Shown here: piece by piece, positions 21,801-33,502 of the stretch
Position numbering within the stretch: the stretch's first letter is position 1
How the letters are laid out: each line of letters begins with the position of its first letter
Source: Mantamonas sphyraenae STR306
Taxonomy: Eukaryota > Protista > CRuMs
Length of the DNA stretch: 64,000 nucleotides
Assembly: GCA_026936335.1 (NCBI GenBank)
Contig: JAPMXV010000024.1
Coordinates: 62,001 to 126,000, forward strand
Direction: 5' to 3'
The notes under the pieces: model-generated
Database searches by the model: none
The model's input: only the letters and a program-made list of their open reading frames with translations
What the model was told of the DNA's origin: nothing
Translations under genes and position numbers: made by a program

Positions 21801-22326
21801 GAGCAACGCAACGATGCATTCGAGCAGCCACGGGTTCTCGGATGCCGAGTATTGGAAGAGTGTGCATGTGAACAGCGAGGAGATGGCCGAGATCATGGAG
21901 GCGGAGAAGCGGAAGGCAAAGGAGGAGTGGGAACGCAAGGTGGTGGTGAAGGACACCACGTTCCGTGTGCATTGGACGTCGCAGAACCGCAAAACAGCAA
22001 TGGTGGATCGGAATGCCAACATCCTGCGTGGGGGACCCAGGTTGCCGTACTCGATGTTTGTGAACGAGGAGGCGCAGGAGAAGAGGGTGGAACGTACGGT
22101 GGACAAGAGCCGGTTCATCACCCCGGATGGGTTCAAGACGTATGTCAAGGCGGAACGGACGTTGCCCCAGGACAAGGTGGTCACCAGGGTGCCCAAGAAG
22201 ATGTCGCAGGTGGAGTACGACAAGAACGATCTCTTTGTCATCAAAACACGGGCAGCTGGCCTCAGTGAGGTCAGCAGTGGTACCGACGTGCGCAAGAGCA
22301 CGTGGGGAGGGTTTGTGGACGGGTGA
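18803..22326 (+). CDS. CFAP92: CFAP92/KIAA1257-like cilia- and flagella-associated protein, main exon (upstream exons ~18250-18679; intron 18680..18802)
   Basis: LDTLHPVVFHLRGCEDMP..LRSECQPVWATYRFF..HISWEHRHLVFLGGL..QLHEYLLAQPMTVEIHDRERK resembles the CFAP92 core. Also LDVITGVQV..MFLLEGLA and RFNRRLYADM. Phase-1 GTGAGT/TGCAG intron with CACTGAC branch. Confidence 0.75.
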
Positions 22327-22482
22327 ATGTGTGGGGGGACGGGAGAGGGAATGAATGAGAGGATGAGAAGATGATTGCTGTTGTTGGAAATGGAGGGAGG
22401 ATGATGAGTGGGAGGGGAAGGGGAAGGGTGGTGGTGGTGGTGGTGGTGGTGGTGGTGGAGGAGGAGGAGGAAGAGAAGGCGA

Positions 22483-23987
22483 TCAGCTGTGTTTGCCCAG
22501 CTCGATCTTCTTCTTCATGGTGCGCATGGTGGCATAGGTGGCGGAGTCGATCATTTGGGCAACGGTGTAGACGCCGCCAATGATGGCACAGACGCCGGTG
22601 AGGAAATGGCCGAGACTCTGGCTCTTTTCCTGGTAGGCAACCATGATGGGAGAGAGATCAAACATGAAGAAGACGCCTGGGAGGCCATGGCCGGACTGGC
22701 GATTGAGGGGACGGAAGTGTTCGGTGACACTGAACTGGTTGGTGTTGATGGTGCGTCCGGAGAGACGTCGGTAGGTGGTGGGCACGATCTTGATGAAGTA
22801 CTGGAACATGCCACCCTCACCCTCCTGGGGCTTGACGGTGCCGTCCAGAGGGTTCACCACGCCGGGAAAGTCCTCGCCAAAGGACAGCTTGTTGATGATG
22901 TGTGTCAAGTTGAACGACTTGACTTGGAAGGGAAGCAGGTCGTGGACGTGCATGTGATGCTGCTGGAAACTCTTGCCGGGGGCGAAATGGAAGTTGCCGG
23001 CCACCTTGTTCACCTCCAGGTACCCGTAGATGTTGCATCCCTCTCCCTGCTGCTTCTTGATCTTTTCCGAAAAGCCCTCCTCCACACACTGCGTGGTGGG
23101 GAGTGGTGGGTGGGGTGTGCGGGAGGGGGGAGAGGGGGAGGGGGGGGCAGGAGTGAGCAAAGGGGGAAAAGCCGGAAAAGGTGCGTTGTGTGAGTGACGT
23201 GGCACAAACGGGGGCACAGGACGGTGGGATGGGGTTCATGGCAAGTGGGAGATGGTGGGAAATGTGCATGGGAGGGAGTGGATGGGTGGGGTTGCAATGG
23301 GTTGGGTGTGCGGCATGTGTGTGTCCTCCTACCTGCTGCATATTGGCGTGGTTTTCAAACGACCAGCCCTTCTTGCGGTACTGCTCCCGCACGCTGTCGC
23401 AGGTGTTGCAGCACTGGCCCTCGTGGTCCTCTGCACCGTAGCAGCTTCCACAGTAGTTGGCTGCACGTGTCTCACCAGTGACAGTGGGACCACCGAGCTC
23501 TGTGGAGGGAGGCGGGGGGGGAGGCGGGGGCTGGGGTGAGCGGAATGCGTTGCAGGAAACAAGAGGGGCCAAACAACCATGCCAAGAGAATGGATGGACA
23601 CAGTGGCAACATACTGGTTTCCTTCTCCACCTCGTCGGGGATGGGTTCAAGGGTATTTTGGTCCACGCGTTTCTTGTAGATGTTGTGTACGACGTCGAGT
23701 TGGTGGCTGCCGGAGATGTCCATGGCGTCCAGGGAAAGGAAGGCACAGGCCATGTGGGGGAAGGTGACGTCGACGTTGATGCGCAGCTTTTGGTTGCGGC
23801 TGACATCGACAGACAGTTTGTGGTCCACGCCTGTGGTGAGGTAGGCGGAGAGTTCGCTGAAGAAGAGAAAGAGGATGATGGTCGAGGCCAGGATGGAGAT
23901 CAGGGCCCCCGACTTTGTCTGCACCACATAGTCCTCTGCCGTCTTGGGGAACACATCCCACTTGCGCATGGATTTCAGGAGGGACAT
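22483..23987 (-). CDS. ERGIC3: ERGIC3/Erv46, complement(join(22483..23088,23333..23499,23615..23987)), 381 aa
   Basis: WDVFPKT..QTKSGALISI, LRINVDVTFPHMACAFLSLDAMDISG, YCGSCYGAE..CCNTCDSVREQY, EGCNIYGYLEVNKVAGNFHFAPG, GLPGVFFMFDLSPI, KKIELGK. Canonical introns give a consistent frame. Confidence 0.95.
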
Positions 23988-24157
23988 TGGGGGATAAGCA
24001 ACAAGGGGATTGTATGTGCTGGTGGCATCGGCGCATGCGTGCTCCGAGAGAGAGAGAGAGAGAGAGAAGAGAGAAAAAAGGGAACGGTTTGCCGTTCTTG
24101 GGTTGATGGTGATGATGATGGTGATGATGGTGATGGTGATGGTGATGGTGTGCATCA

Positions 24158-26194
24158 TCATGCTGTGGTGTGGCTACGATGGGAGCGGAAACGCAGGCCT
24201 GCGGGGCTGGAAGCACTGGCGGGGCCCGAGGCATCGTCGTGGGCCTTTCCCGAGAGTGAAGGGAATGGGGTGTTGGAGTTGGAGGAGGAGGAGGAGGAGG
24301 AGGAGGAGTCACCCTCATTGCGTGGTAACCCACGAGGGTTGAACACAGAGCGGGTGAGGTGAGCAGAGTCGTGAAGGAGGGATGATGATGATGATGATGA
24401 TGATGGTGTGGTGGTGTGCATGCCCATGGAACGGAGTAGCTTGTTGGCAAACAGCTTCTGTTGGGCCTGGACATACTTCTGGGAGGGACGCACATGCTTC
24501 ATGTAGCCGTCAAACTCGGTGACCTTGAGGCGGGCCTTGTCGGCAATGGCATGACGCACACGGTCGGCAAACTGTACAGCCGACTCTTCGGGCTCACGGT
24601 CCATGGGGGACAGGTAGTAGACGTCACAGACAACCGCCCATCCTGTCATCAGGTGGAAGAGGTGGTCCAGGAAACTCTGCTCGCGGCTGTTCCAGAAGGC
24701 ATCCGCAAAGATCTTGTTGTACTTGATGGCAATCGGGTACACGCGGGCACCCAGGTCAAAGGCACCCTTTTTGAATTGGACCACGTATTCGTTGTTGACA
24801 CACGTGCCCTCAGGGAAGATCAGCAGCGGGTTGTTTGTTTCATCCCCAATGTGCGTGGTGATGGCAGTGTGCACCGCCTTCCTGTCCCTGCGTGCATACC
24901 GGTCGAACCACAGGCAACCCAGGCACTTGAGAATGTGGTTTTGGAAGAATCCTATGGGGTGGGGGTGGGAGGAGGGGGGGAGGGGGAGGGGAGGGTTGGT
25001 GTTGGGGAAAGTGGGTGCGGGGGGGAGATGGGGGAAGGAGAGGGGGGTAGGGGCTTACCGACGAGACCAACATGCTCCTGACCCACAACAGCAAAGGTGT
25101 TGACAGAAAAGAGGACAATGACGTCGATGAGAGAGGTGTGGTTGGCAACAAAGACCTGGTTGGGGCGGCGACGAGGACGCGCTCCGTGGTACTTGATCAC
25201 CCCTGACCAGGAGACCACAAACGAGGTGGCCAGCATCTGGATGCAGAAGCGTTGGTAGGATTCACGAACCTTGACATCACGGATAAAGGTGGTGACCAGG
25301 AGGAAGGCAAAGAGGGAGAGGAAGGCGCCCAGAATGAGGGCAACCAAGCTGGAGGGGAAAGGGGCGGAAGGGAAGGGTGAGAGAGGAGGACAAGGGGAGG
25401 TGGGGGGGGGGGTTGGGAATGGGGGATGGGGATGGGGATGGAGGCACACATACACACACACACACATGTTGGTTGTGTGGGCATGTGGGGTGGGTGGACG
25501 TACCGAAGGGGAAAGAGAATGAAGTAGCGGGTGATGACGCCCATGAACCACGCTGGCATCAGGTAGGCGTTGAAGTTCCAGCGGTCACGCTTGTGGCTCT
25601 CAAAGCATTTGGAAAAGTCGTCCTGGTGAGGGTGGGAACAGGGCATGCGGGAGAGAGGGAGAGAGAGGGGGGAGAGAGGGGGGGAGAGTGAGGGTGATGA
25701 AGATGGAGGTGTCCAGGAAAAAGAGGGAAACTCAAGGGTTGGTGGAGGGGCACCGGTGGCGGAGAACAGAGTGGGCACGGTGGGCAGCAATCAAAACCAT
25801 GTGGTGCTTACCTGGGCAATCTTGGAGATGGCTTCGCGCATGAGGTAGAGGCCGTCGCTGGAGAGGTCAAAGCTGAAAGGGGCGAGGATGTGGGAATGAG
25901 CCAAACCAGGAACTTGCTTGCGTTTTGGGAAGGGGAGGCGATGGACACGGCACAGACTTACACGTCGGTGGACGAGGTCTCGCGTACGAGTTTGCTGAGC
26001 CGATGCTTCTCGTAGTGGCGTTGGATGGCGTCGAGGTCGGCTTCGCTGGCATGGCCAATTTGGAAGTCGCCCAGATCGTGTTCGTGGTTGCTATCGCCAC
26101 CACTGGAGACAGAGGAGCCACGGGAACGGGCTCGTTGCCTTGGTTCGTCCTCACTGGAGGCAGGGGTGCCCAGGGGGGAGGTGTCGTCCGACAT
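24158..26194 (-). CDS. Glycerol-3-phosphate acyltransferase (GPAT3/4, plant GPAT9 type); exons 26194-25962, 25872-25812, 25622-25504, 25348-25059, 24951-24158
   Basis: Acyltransferase motifs VANHTSLID, CLWFDR, LLIFPEGTCVNN, FKKGAFDLG..YPIAIKY..DAFWNS. Four canonical GT-AG introns, mostly C-rich. Confidence 0.92.
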
Positions 26195-26249
26195 TAGGGC
26201 AGGTTTGGCTTGGGTGAGACGGTGGAGGGATGAGAGAGACCAGGAGACT

Positions 26250-26400
26250 TTGGGTGAGGGTCGGGGGGGGGGGGGGTTGGTTGGGTTGGGTTGGGGGGAG
26301 GGGCTTGGGTGGGTCGGGTGGATATGCGGGGGTTGGGTTGGGGTAGGGTGGGGTGCGGTGGGGTGGGTTGGGTGGAGGAGAGATGTGAAGTGGGAGTTGG
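26250..26400 (+). repeat. G-rich low-complexity tract (poly-G and GGGTT-like runs), G-quadruplex-capable
   Basis: gggtcggggggggggggggttggttgggttgggttggggggaggggcttgggtgggtcggg... immediately upstream of the GPAT ATG. Confidence 0.6.
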
Positions 26401-26498
26401 GCTAGGAATTTTGATTCATACGGAAATCACGGAATGACGACTGTGGATGGCATTTCAGCGTGAATCAAAATTTGAGAACGGAAATTCTCCGGATGCAC

Positions 26499-26611
26499 TG
26501 GGCGGCGATATCACATGCGAACAGCAGGGTCAGAGCAAGCATTGTGATGCAAAGGTTGGTGGACGTGTGCCTCTCCAGGATCGGGGGCGTGATGTGGTTC
26601 CAGCGCGGCAT
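26499..26611 (-). pseudogene. 5' fragment (signal-peptide region only) of the EGF multi-pass membrane protein gene
   Basis: MPRWNHITPPILERHTSTNLCITMLALTLLFACDIAAQ, then loss of homology and a stop at 26465. Several substitutions relative to the intact copies. Confidence 0.8.
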
Positions 26612-26719
26612 GTGTGCTTGCCTGCAATTTCGGTGGCGCACGTGGTGGACAGATCGGTGGTGGTGGTGGCGATGGGGAGATGGGTGGGAATGCGTGTGTT
26701 GGTGGATGGCTGATGTGTG

Positions 26720-26835
26720 GTATTTTCGCGGAAGAGTGGTGGGGGGAAACTCGGAACGGTGTCGGGTGCAGAACTCGGAACTCGGAACACAGGGCAGTTG
26801 GGGTTCAAAAGGCGCACTCACGCGCACTCACCCAA
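26720..26835. promoter_or_regulatory. Putative bidirectional promoter between the NBR1-like and EGF-membrane genes (repeated in each unit)
   Basis: Short head-to-head spacer containing AACTCGGAAC x3 (26748-26788) and GCGCACTCAC x2 (26812-26831). Confidence 0.35.
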
Positions 26836-27006
26836 CTTGTCATCACAAAAACACACACACTCGGATAACCCAAGAGGACGAGTAACGATACAACACAACG
26901 ACTGCGAATACAGACAGCAGCAAGTGAAAGTGAGAAACAAGTGAAAGCGAAAGCGAGCAAACGAAACGAAATCAAGCAAACCCAAAACAACCAAAAACGC
27001 AACTCG

Positions 27007-27431
27007 ATGACGATGAGCAAGAGTGGAAACAACACCAACGAGACGACGATGACAAAGAACAGCAGCAGCAGCAGCAACAGCGACGTGAAGACCATGGTGT
27101 CTGTAAAGGCAACTGTGGGAGCGGAGACACGGCGCTTCGGGGTGTGGAGCGAGAGGCTGTGCGAGGAAGGAGGACTGGATGGACTGGTGCAGCAGATTGC
27201 AGAAGTGTTTGGGAAGAAGGAGGAGAGGATGAGCCGAATGGTGATGTCGTACGCAGACGAAGACGGAGACTGGGTGCGTATGAGCAGCGAGAAGGAGCTG
27301 GGACACGCGGTGGAACTGTGTGTGATGCAGAGCAAGCAGAGCGGGCGTGAGCCTGGGGTTCTGCGGGTGAAGCTGATGACACGAGTTGCAGCACGACGAG
27401 CAGCCAAGGCAGCCGAGGAGTCGATGATGCC

Positions 27432-27467
<36 letters not shown>

Positions 27468-28545
27468 GAAGAGTGGCAAGAAGAGTGGCAAGACCACAAA
27501 GAAGCAGAAGACGACGAGCAAGACAGGGACAAAGAAGGGCGGTGTGAAGAGCAAGAAGATGGGAAAGGAAGTGGAGGAGGAAGTGGAGGAGGAAGCGGCT
27601 GTGGTTGGAGCAGGAGACCTTTCAGAGAGCGTGCAGGAACGGCTGGGAAAGCTGGAAGCTGTGGATGTGGAGCGTGTGCTTGGACACATGCCACGACGCA
27701 AAGTGCCTGGACATGTGCTGGACAAGATTGCCATGGCTCGGATGGACAAGTTGGAGGCTGGAGAACTGCTGACGTATGAAGCGAAGCAGCAGGAGCAGGA
27801 ACAGGAGGAGGAGGAGCAGCATGAATGTCATGGCCATGGACGTCGTGGTGGTGGTCATCGCGGTGGTCATCGTGGTGGTCATCGAGGTTGCCATCTGCAT
27901 CGCCATCACGGACATCATCACGGACATCATCACGGTGGACGACATGGGGAACGAGGACAGAGTCGACACAAGGCTCGGTTTGTGAGCCATGTGAGCTATG
28001 GGACGGATGCTCGGGTGCAGTGTGGACGCAAGTTTACAAAGACGTGGCGTCTGCGGAACGAGAGCGAAGAAGCATGGCCTGCGGGAGCGCAGGTGGTGTT
28101 TGTGAGCAAGAAGAACGGAGACGCAATGGGAGCAAGCGAGGCTGTGCCTGTGGATGTGGTGGCTGAGGCAGGAGAAGAGGTGGACGTGAGTGTGGAGATG
28201 GAAGCACCTGAGGCAGCTGGAAGCTACAGCGGGTTCTGGAGGATGGCAGATGGGGAAGGGAAGAAGTTTGGACAACGATTCCGATGCCAGATTGTGGCAG
28301 TGGAGGAAGAGGTGGAGGAAGAGGTGGAGGATGAGGATGAGGAAGAGGAGGATGAGAGCAGCGGAAGCAGCAGCTCTTCTTCGTCTGAGAGCGAGTCTGA
28401 GTCTGAGATGGACTCTGAGAAGGAGTGGGAGAGCGAGCTGGCGACACTTGCGCTGGTGGGTCTGACGGATCGAAAGGCATGTGTGGACGCACTGGAAGCA
28501 TGTGAGGGAGATCTGCAGGCAGTGATCCAGTCGCTGCGTGGATAG
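27007..28545 (+). CDS. NBR1: NBR1-like selective-autophagy receptor, copy a (PB1, Lys-rich, His/Gly-rich, FW domain, acidic, UBA)
   Basis: PB1 VKATVGAETRRF..MSYADEDGDWVRMSSEKEL. FW domain ARFVSHVSY..FTKTWRLRNESEEAWP..EEVDVSVEMEAP..GSYSGFWRM..GKKFGQR. C-terminal UBA-like WESELATLALVGLTDRKACVDALEACEGDLQAVIQSL. Confidence 0.85.
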
Positions 28546-28753
28546 GCTGAAGAGAGAGTGTACAGGGATTGAGAATGAATCGCAAAGGACGAACCCGGGG
28601 AGGTTGAGACTCCTCCCCACACAACCAACAACAACAAACAACAACAACAACACAACAAGGTTGATTGCATTTGAGAGCGTCTTGAACAGAGTGGAGAGTG
28701 GGAAGTGGAGGAGGAGGAGAGGAAGTAGAGCTGAGTGTGTTGGCCAGGTCGTT

Positions 28754-31700
28754 TCATTGCAGATCCGAGACGGTGTCCACAAAGAAGGCTGGGATGAGTG
28801 CGACAAAGGCAAGGACCAGAGTGAACAGGGAAAAGTCAAACACAAAGGCCACCGTGAAAATCATGTTGAAGAGGTTGGAGAAGAACTTGACGGCACGTGC
28901 ACCGCGGCCTGTCTTGAGTTCAAGCATAGCATGGCCCTGGGCGTCTTGTGCCAGGTCCAGGACGGGTGGGTTGTTGAGCACCTCGACAAACTTGCCTGCG
29001 ATAAGTGTGGGACCGGGGGCAATCATAAAGATGAGCGCACTGCTACGCCCAACATTGGCAATGACGGCCTCCTGTTGGGAATCGACATCCCACTTGTCGT
29101 CGTCGTACTTGCGGGATCGAGGCAGGATGCTAAACGCCTTGACCATGTACGAGTTCCACAGGCCCACAGCAAGCATGAGCAGGCGGAACACACCAAAGAG
29201 CACTTTGACCACGATGACGTGAGGGATGAGCTGGATGAGTGCACGACCCAGTCGCACGGCAGCAGATGGGTTCTTCTGCGCCTGCTCCTCGGTTTGTTCA
29301 CAGGTGATGGTTCCCATGGCCTTGTGCACCAGCGGATCATAGCCCGTAAACATCTCCCAGTGGGCGTAGATAAAGAGGGACAGCACCACGAGGGTAAACA
29401 CAAAGCCAAAGTTGCGTGCCTCCAAGTCGGTGGCCCCACAGTTGCGTCCGCCTCCGAGACCCAGGCTCAAGTCGCCAATGGTGACAATGATGACCTGGGA
29501 GACGTAAAACACGGCAGCAGTGGCCAGATTGGCCACCAGAGTTGCAAAGGCCTTGCCCTTGGCTGTGGTCTGGCGCTTCTTCAGGCTCTTGAAGTACATG
29601 GAGAGCAGGAGGAGGAACTCGCGCTTGAGCATGAGACGCAGGAACAGGGCACCCATGAGGACCAGGATGGGGGCAATGAGAGTGGCAAATCCGTTGCAGT
29701 TCCACTCTGTGGACACCAGCGTAAAGTCGATGGAACGCAGAAAGGTGATGAACAGCCGCACGAGTTCGCCAAACCCACCCAGGGCCAGCTCGATGGAGGG
29801 GTACACCAGCTCAAAGTCATAATCAGGCAGAAACTTGCTCAAGGAGGTTGCCATCAGCGATACGTTGAAGATGGTCTTGACGACACCCGCAAAGAGGGTG
29901 ATCAGGTTGATGATCACGATGAAAATGACACTGCCGATGCTCAGGTGATGGCAGGATCCGTCGTCCTGCCCCGTGTGTGCATACGGTGAGGATGATGACG
30001 ATGATGACGAGGTTGGCAGTTGGGTTTGGATCTGACTCATTTCGACGGAATCCCCGCCCGCGGAGGCCATCTCGGCAGCAGCAGCCTTGGCAGCCTCGTG
30101 TTGCTGCTTGGCCATGGCAGCCTCTTCGCGAGCCTGCTTCTCCAGGGCCAGGTTGTGCATGTTGACACCAGAGACCTGCATGTCACGCAGGATGTGGTAT
30201 TCCACGAATCGGAAGCCCGAGTCGAAAAAGTGCTCGATGGCATGGTAGTGGCGCACGGGGTCCATCTTGCCACCAATCGCCGCTCCAATAAACACATAGG
30301 CCACAAAGACACATGCCACAATGATAAACACAGTGGGCACGGTGGATTCGTTGGGGTCGGCAATCTCCACCCGGACCTGGAAGCGACGCTGTTGAGTCGA
30401 CGTGGTGACCCGTCCGCTGTTGCCATACCTTCCCGTGATGCCCACGGATACGTAGAGGCGCATGTTGTCTGAAGAGGCAGGCATGCTCTTGGGGTCGACC
30501 TTGAGGGTGGTGTTGCCCACCAGAGGGCCTCGCACGGTGGCCACGCAATCGGTGCAGTTGAAGCCCTCGACCCACACCCATGGCATCAACAGGGGTCTGT
30601 GGTCCGGTTGAATCCGGGGAGGACTTCCCCACTTGGCCATCAGGACCACGTCACCCGCGAATGCACTTGGGCTCCGCGAGGAGCTCTCTGTGATGGCAGC
30701 CAGTTTGTCCTCTGCGTCGTAGGTCCAAAAGGCGGCCGCTGGGGCAGTGTGCACCCACAGACGCGAGTTGGAACGGGATCCCTGGATCCAAAAGGTGACG
30801 AGCTCGCTCTCGTTTGTGTGGAGGCCAAGGAAGGAGAAGCTGTTGTACAGCTCGCGCATGTCTTGTGTGCGATTGGCGTAGTGGCAGTTGATGCCACTGG
30901 TGCCTGGGTTGCAGACACAGACGCCAAGGTCGGAACACGTGCCCTTGCACTTGTCCATGCAGTTTGGAGAGCGTGTGACCTTGACCTCGACGGGACAGGA
31001 CATGTCCAAACCCGACGATGGGGTGCTGATCTTCAGAAGCTCGGTGACCTGATTGCGTCGGTACAGGTACAGGCATTCTTCCACGTACCGCGGCCTGCGG
31101 AATGCGTTGTAGAGTTGGTTGAGGGTAACGGTGCGTGGCACACCGGGGACCACATCGTCGAAAGTGTAGCTGTCACGCCGTTTCATGTCGTTGCCACACA
31201 TCATCTCGTACTGGACGTCGATGGAATCGCGGCATTCGTACTGGGAGAGACGATTGAGTTGCACAGTCAGATAGTTGGTGGTGGCTGGCCCAGGGTGCTG
31301 AATGTACACCGTTCGATTGACGTGTCCGACGGCATAGGTACGAGACACGCCCGAGAAGGGTTGCTCCTGATTCCGATGTTCACACACGGTGCCCAAGTAG
31401 CCGGGGTTGCAAGTGCACACGTAGTTGTAGGATGTGTCGTTGTGGATGACCAGTCCACGTCCGAAGCATGCAGGTCTGAGGCTGACAGAGAGTGTGGCGT
31501 TGCACGGGGTGTCGGGCGAGGTGTTGACCAAGGAGAAATCGACAGTGAGATCCGAGGCCGCGTCCTCAGCCAACACGTAAGAGCGACAACCACACGAGAA
31601 GGGTCTGTCCAGAAGCCAGTAGGAATACTCGTTGAACCCGGTGTAGCTGTGGGGCCATCGGTTGGCGCAGTAGCCCGCCTGGGTGTCGTTGTACGAGGTG

Positions 31701-32568
31701 CCACAAAACCCAGTCACCCCCATGCGGCAGGATGGGTTTGAAAACGACGTCGAGTACGAATAGTAGAATGGTTGGCCACCGGGTAGGAAGCGTGGCTTGT
31801 AGGAAAAGTAGGTGGCATTGCCTGGGGCCAACTCGACCGTGGTGGAAAAGGACGAGGTCAACGTGACGTTGGCTGTGACGTCCACAGGGGCAGGGGAGGC
31901 ACATGTGGGGCCAGCCCAGCCTGGGAAACAGCGACAGTAGGCGTAGGTCTGGGCATCCACCTCACCGTGACCTGGGGTGCACACAGGCTGGGTGTCGGCG
32001 GTGATGGAGAACGCGCAGGACGCCGTGTTTTGTGTGGAGGCATACACGTTGGCTTGGATCAGGTAGGTGATGGTGGTGGCACATGTGTAGCCATTGCACC
32101 CTGACCTTGCCTTTGGGTAGAAGTTGTAGGTGAACGGGGAGGTGCCGACGCTGCGGGTGGCCTCGCTGCAGCGGCGGTCGCTGTTCATGTCTGCCACGGA
32201 TCCTGGGTAGCATGAAGAGAACACAAGGACCGATGGCGTGTATTGACTGAGTGTGGGGAATGGCATGTGGGTCAGTGAAGTGAATGTAAGAGTGGGGAGG
32301 GGAGGCGGATCCCGGACCAGATGTCAAGCGGAGGATGGAGTTTGCGGCCCACCTACCATCCGGTGCGGTTGAAGATTGTGAGCGACAGCCGGACGTCTTG
32401 GTTCCTGTCGATGGTAATGGCCCATGTCTGGTTGGAACGGCCGTTGGAGTCCGTGTACGTTGGATAGGTGGCGTCGATGGTGACGGTTGACGGAAAAGGC
32501 GCCGGAATTTCAGTGATGGTCGCTTGGGCGGCGACATCGCATGCGAACAGCAGGGTCAAAGCAAGCAT
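28754..32568 (-). CDS. Signal-peptide, EGF-repeat multi-pass membrane protein, copy 1; intron 32247..32356 (alternative ATG at 32637)
   Basis: Signal peptide MLALTLLFACDVAAQ. Three EGF-like motifs (CRCFPGWAGPTC, CTCNPGYLGTVC, CKGTCSDLGVCVCNPGTSGINC). Many NxS/T sequons. One TM, a loop, then several more TMs. Phase-2 intron GTAGGT..CACTGAC..CTCAG. Confidence 0.8.
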
Positions 32569-33032
32569 TGTGATCCCAAGGTTGGTGGCGGTGTGCCTCC
32601 CCAGGATCGGGGGTGTGATGTGGTTCCAGCGCGGCATGTGTGCTTGCTTGCAATTTCGGTGGCGCACGTGGTGGACAGATCGGTGGTGGTGGTGGCGATG
32701 GGGAGATGGGTGGGAATGCGTGTGTTGGTGGATGGCTGATGTGTGGTATTTTCGCGGAAGAGTGGTGGGGGGAAACTCGGAACGGTGTCGGGTGCAGAAC
32801 TCGGAACTCGGAACACAGGGCAGTTGGGGTTCAAAAGGCGCACTCACGCGCACTCACCCAACTTGTCATCACAAAAACACACACACTCGGATAACCCAAG
32901 AGGACGAGTAACGATACAACACAACGACTGCGAATACAGACAGCAGCAAGTGAAAGTGAGAAACAAGTGAAAGCGAAAGCGAGCAAACGAAACGAAATCA
33001 AGCAAACCCAAAACAACCAAAAACGCAACTCG

Positions 33033-33457
33033 ATGACGATGAGCAAGAGTGGAAACAACACCAACGAGACGACGATGACAAAGAACAGCAGCAGCAGCAG
33101 CAACAGCGACGTGAAGACCATGGTGTCTGTAAAGGCAACTGTGGGAGCGGAGACACGGCGCTTCGGGGTGTGGAGCGAGAGGCTGTGCGAGGAAGGAGGA
33201 CTGGATGGACTGGTGCAGCAGATTGCAGAAGTGTTTGGGAAGAAGGAGGAGAGGATGAGCCGAATGGTGATGTCGTACGCAGACGAAGACGGAGACTGGG
33301 TGCGTATGAGCAGCGAGAAGGAGCTGGGACACGCGGTGGAACTGTGTGTGATGCAGAGCAAGCAGAGCGGGCGTGAGCCTGGGGTTCTGCGGGTGAAGCT
33401 GATGACACGAGTTGCAGCACGACGAGCAGCCAAGGCAGCCGAGGAGTCGATGATGCC

Positions 33458-33502
<45 letters not shown>

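Noticed and set aside
26260-26400. TTGGG runs as telomeric repeats
   Set aside because: Irregular, internal, and similar to the G/C-rich tracts in nearby introns.
28420-28445. EKEWESEL as the NBR1 LIR
   Set aside because: The +3 position is Glu rather than L/I/V, and the Trp begins UBA helix 1.
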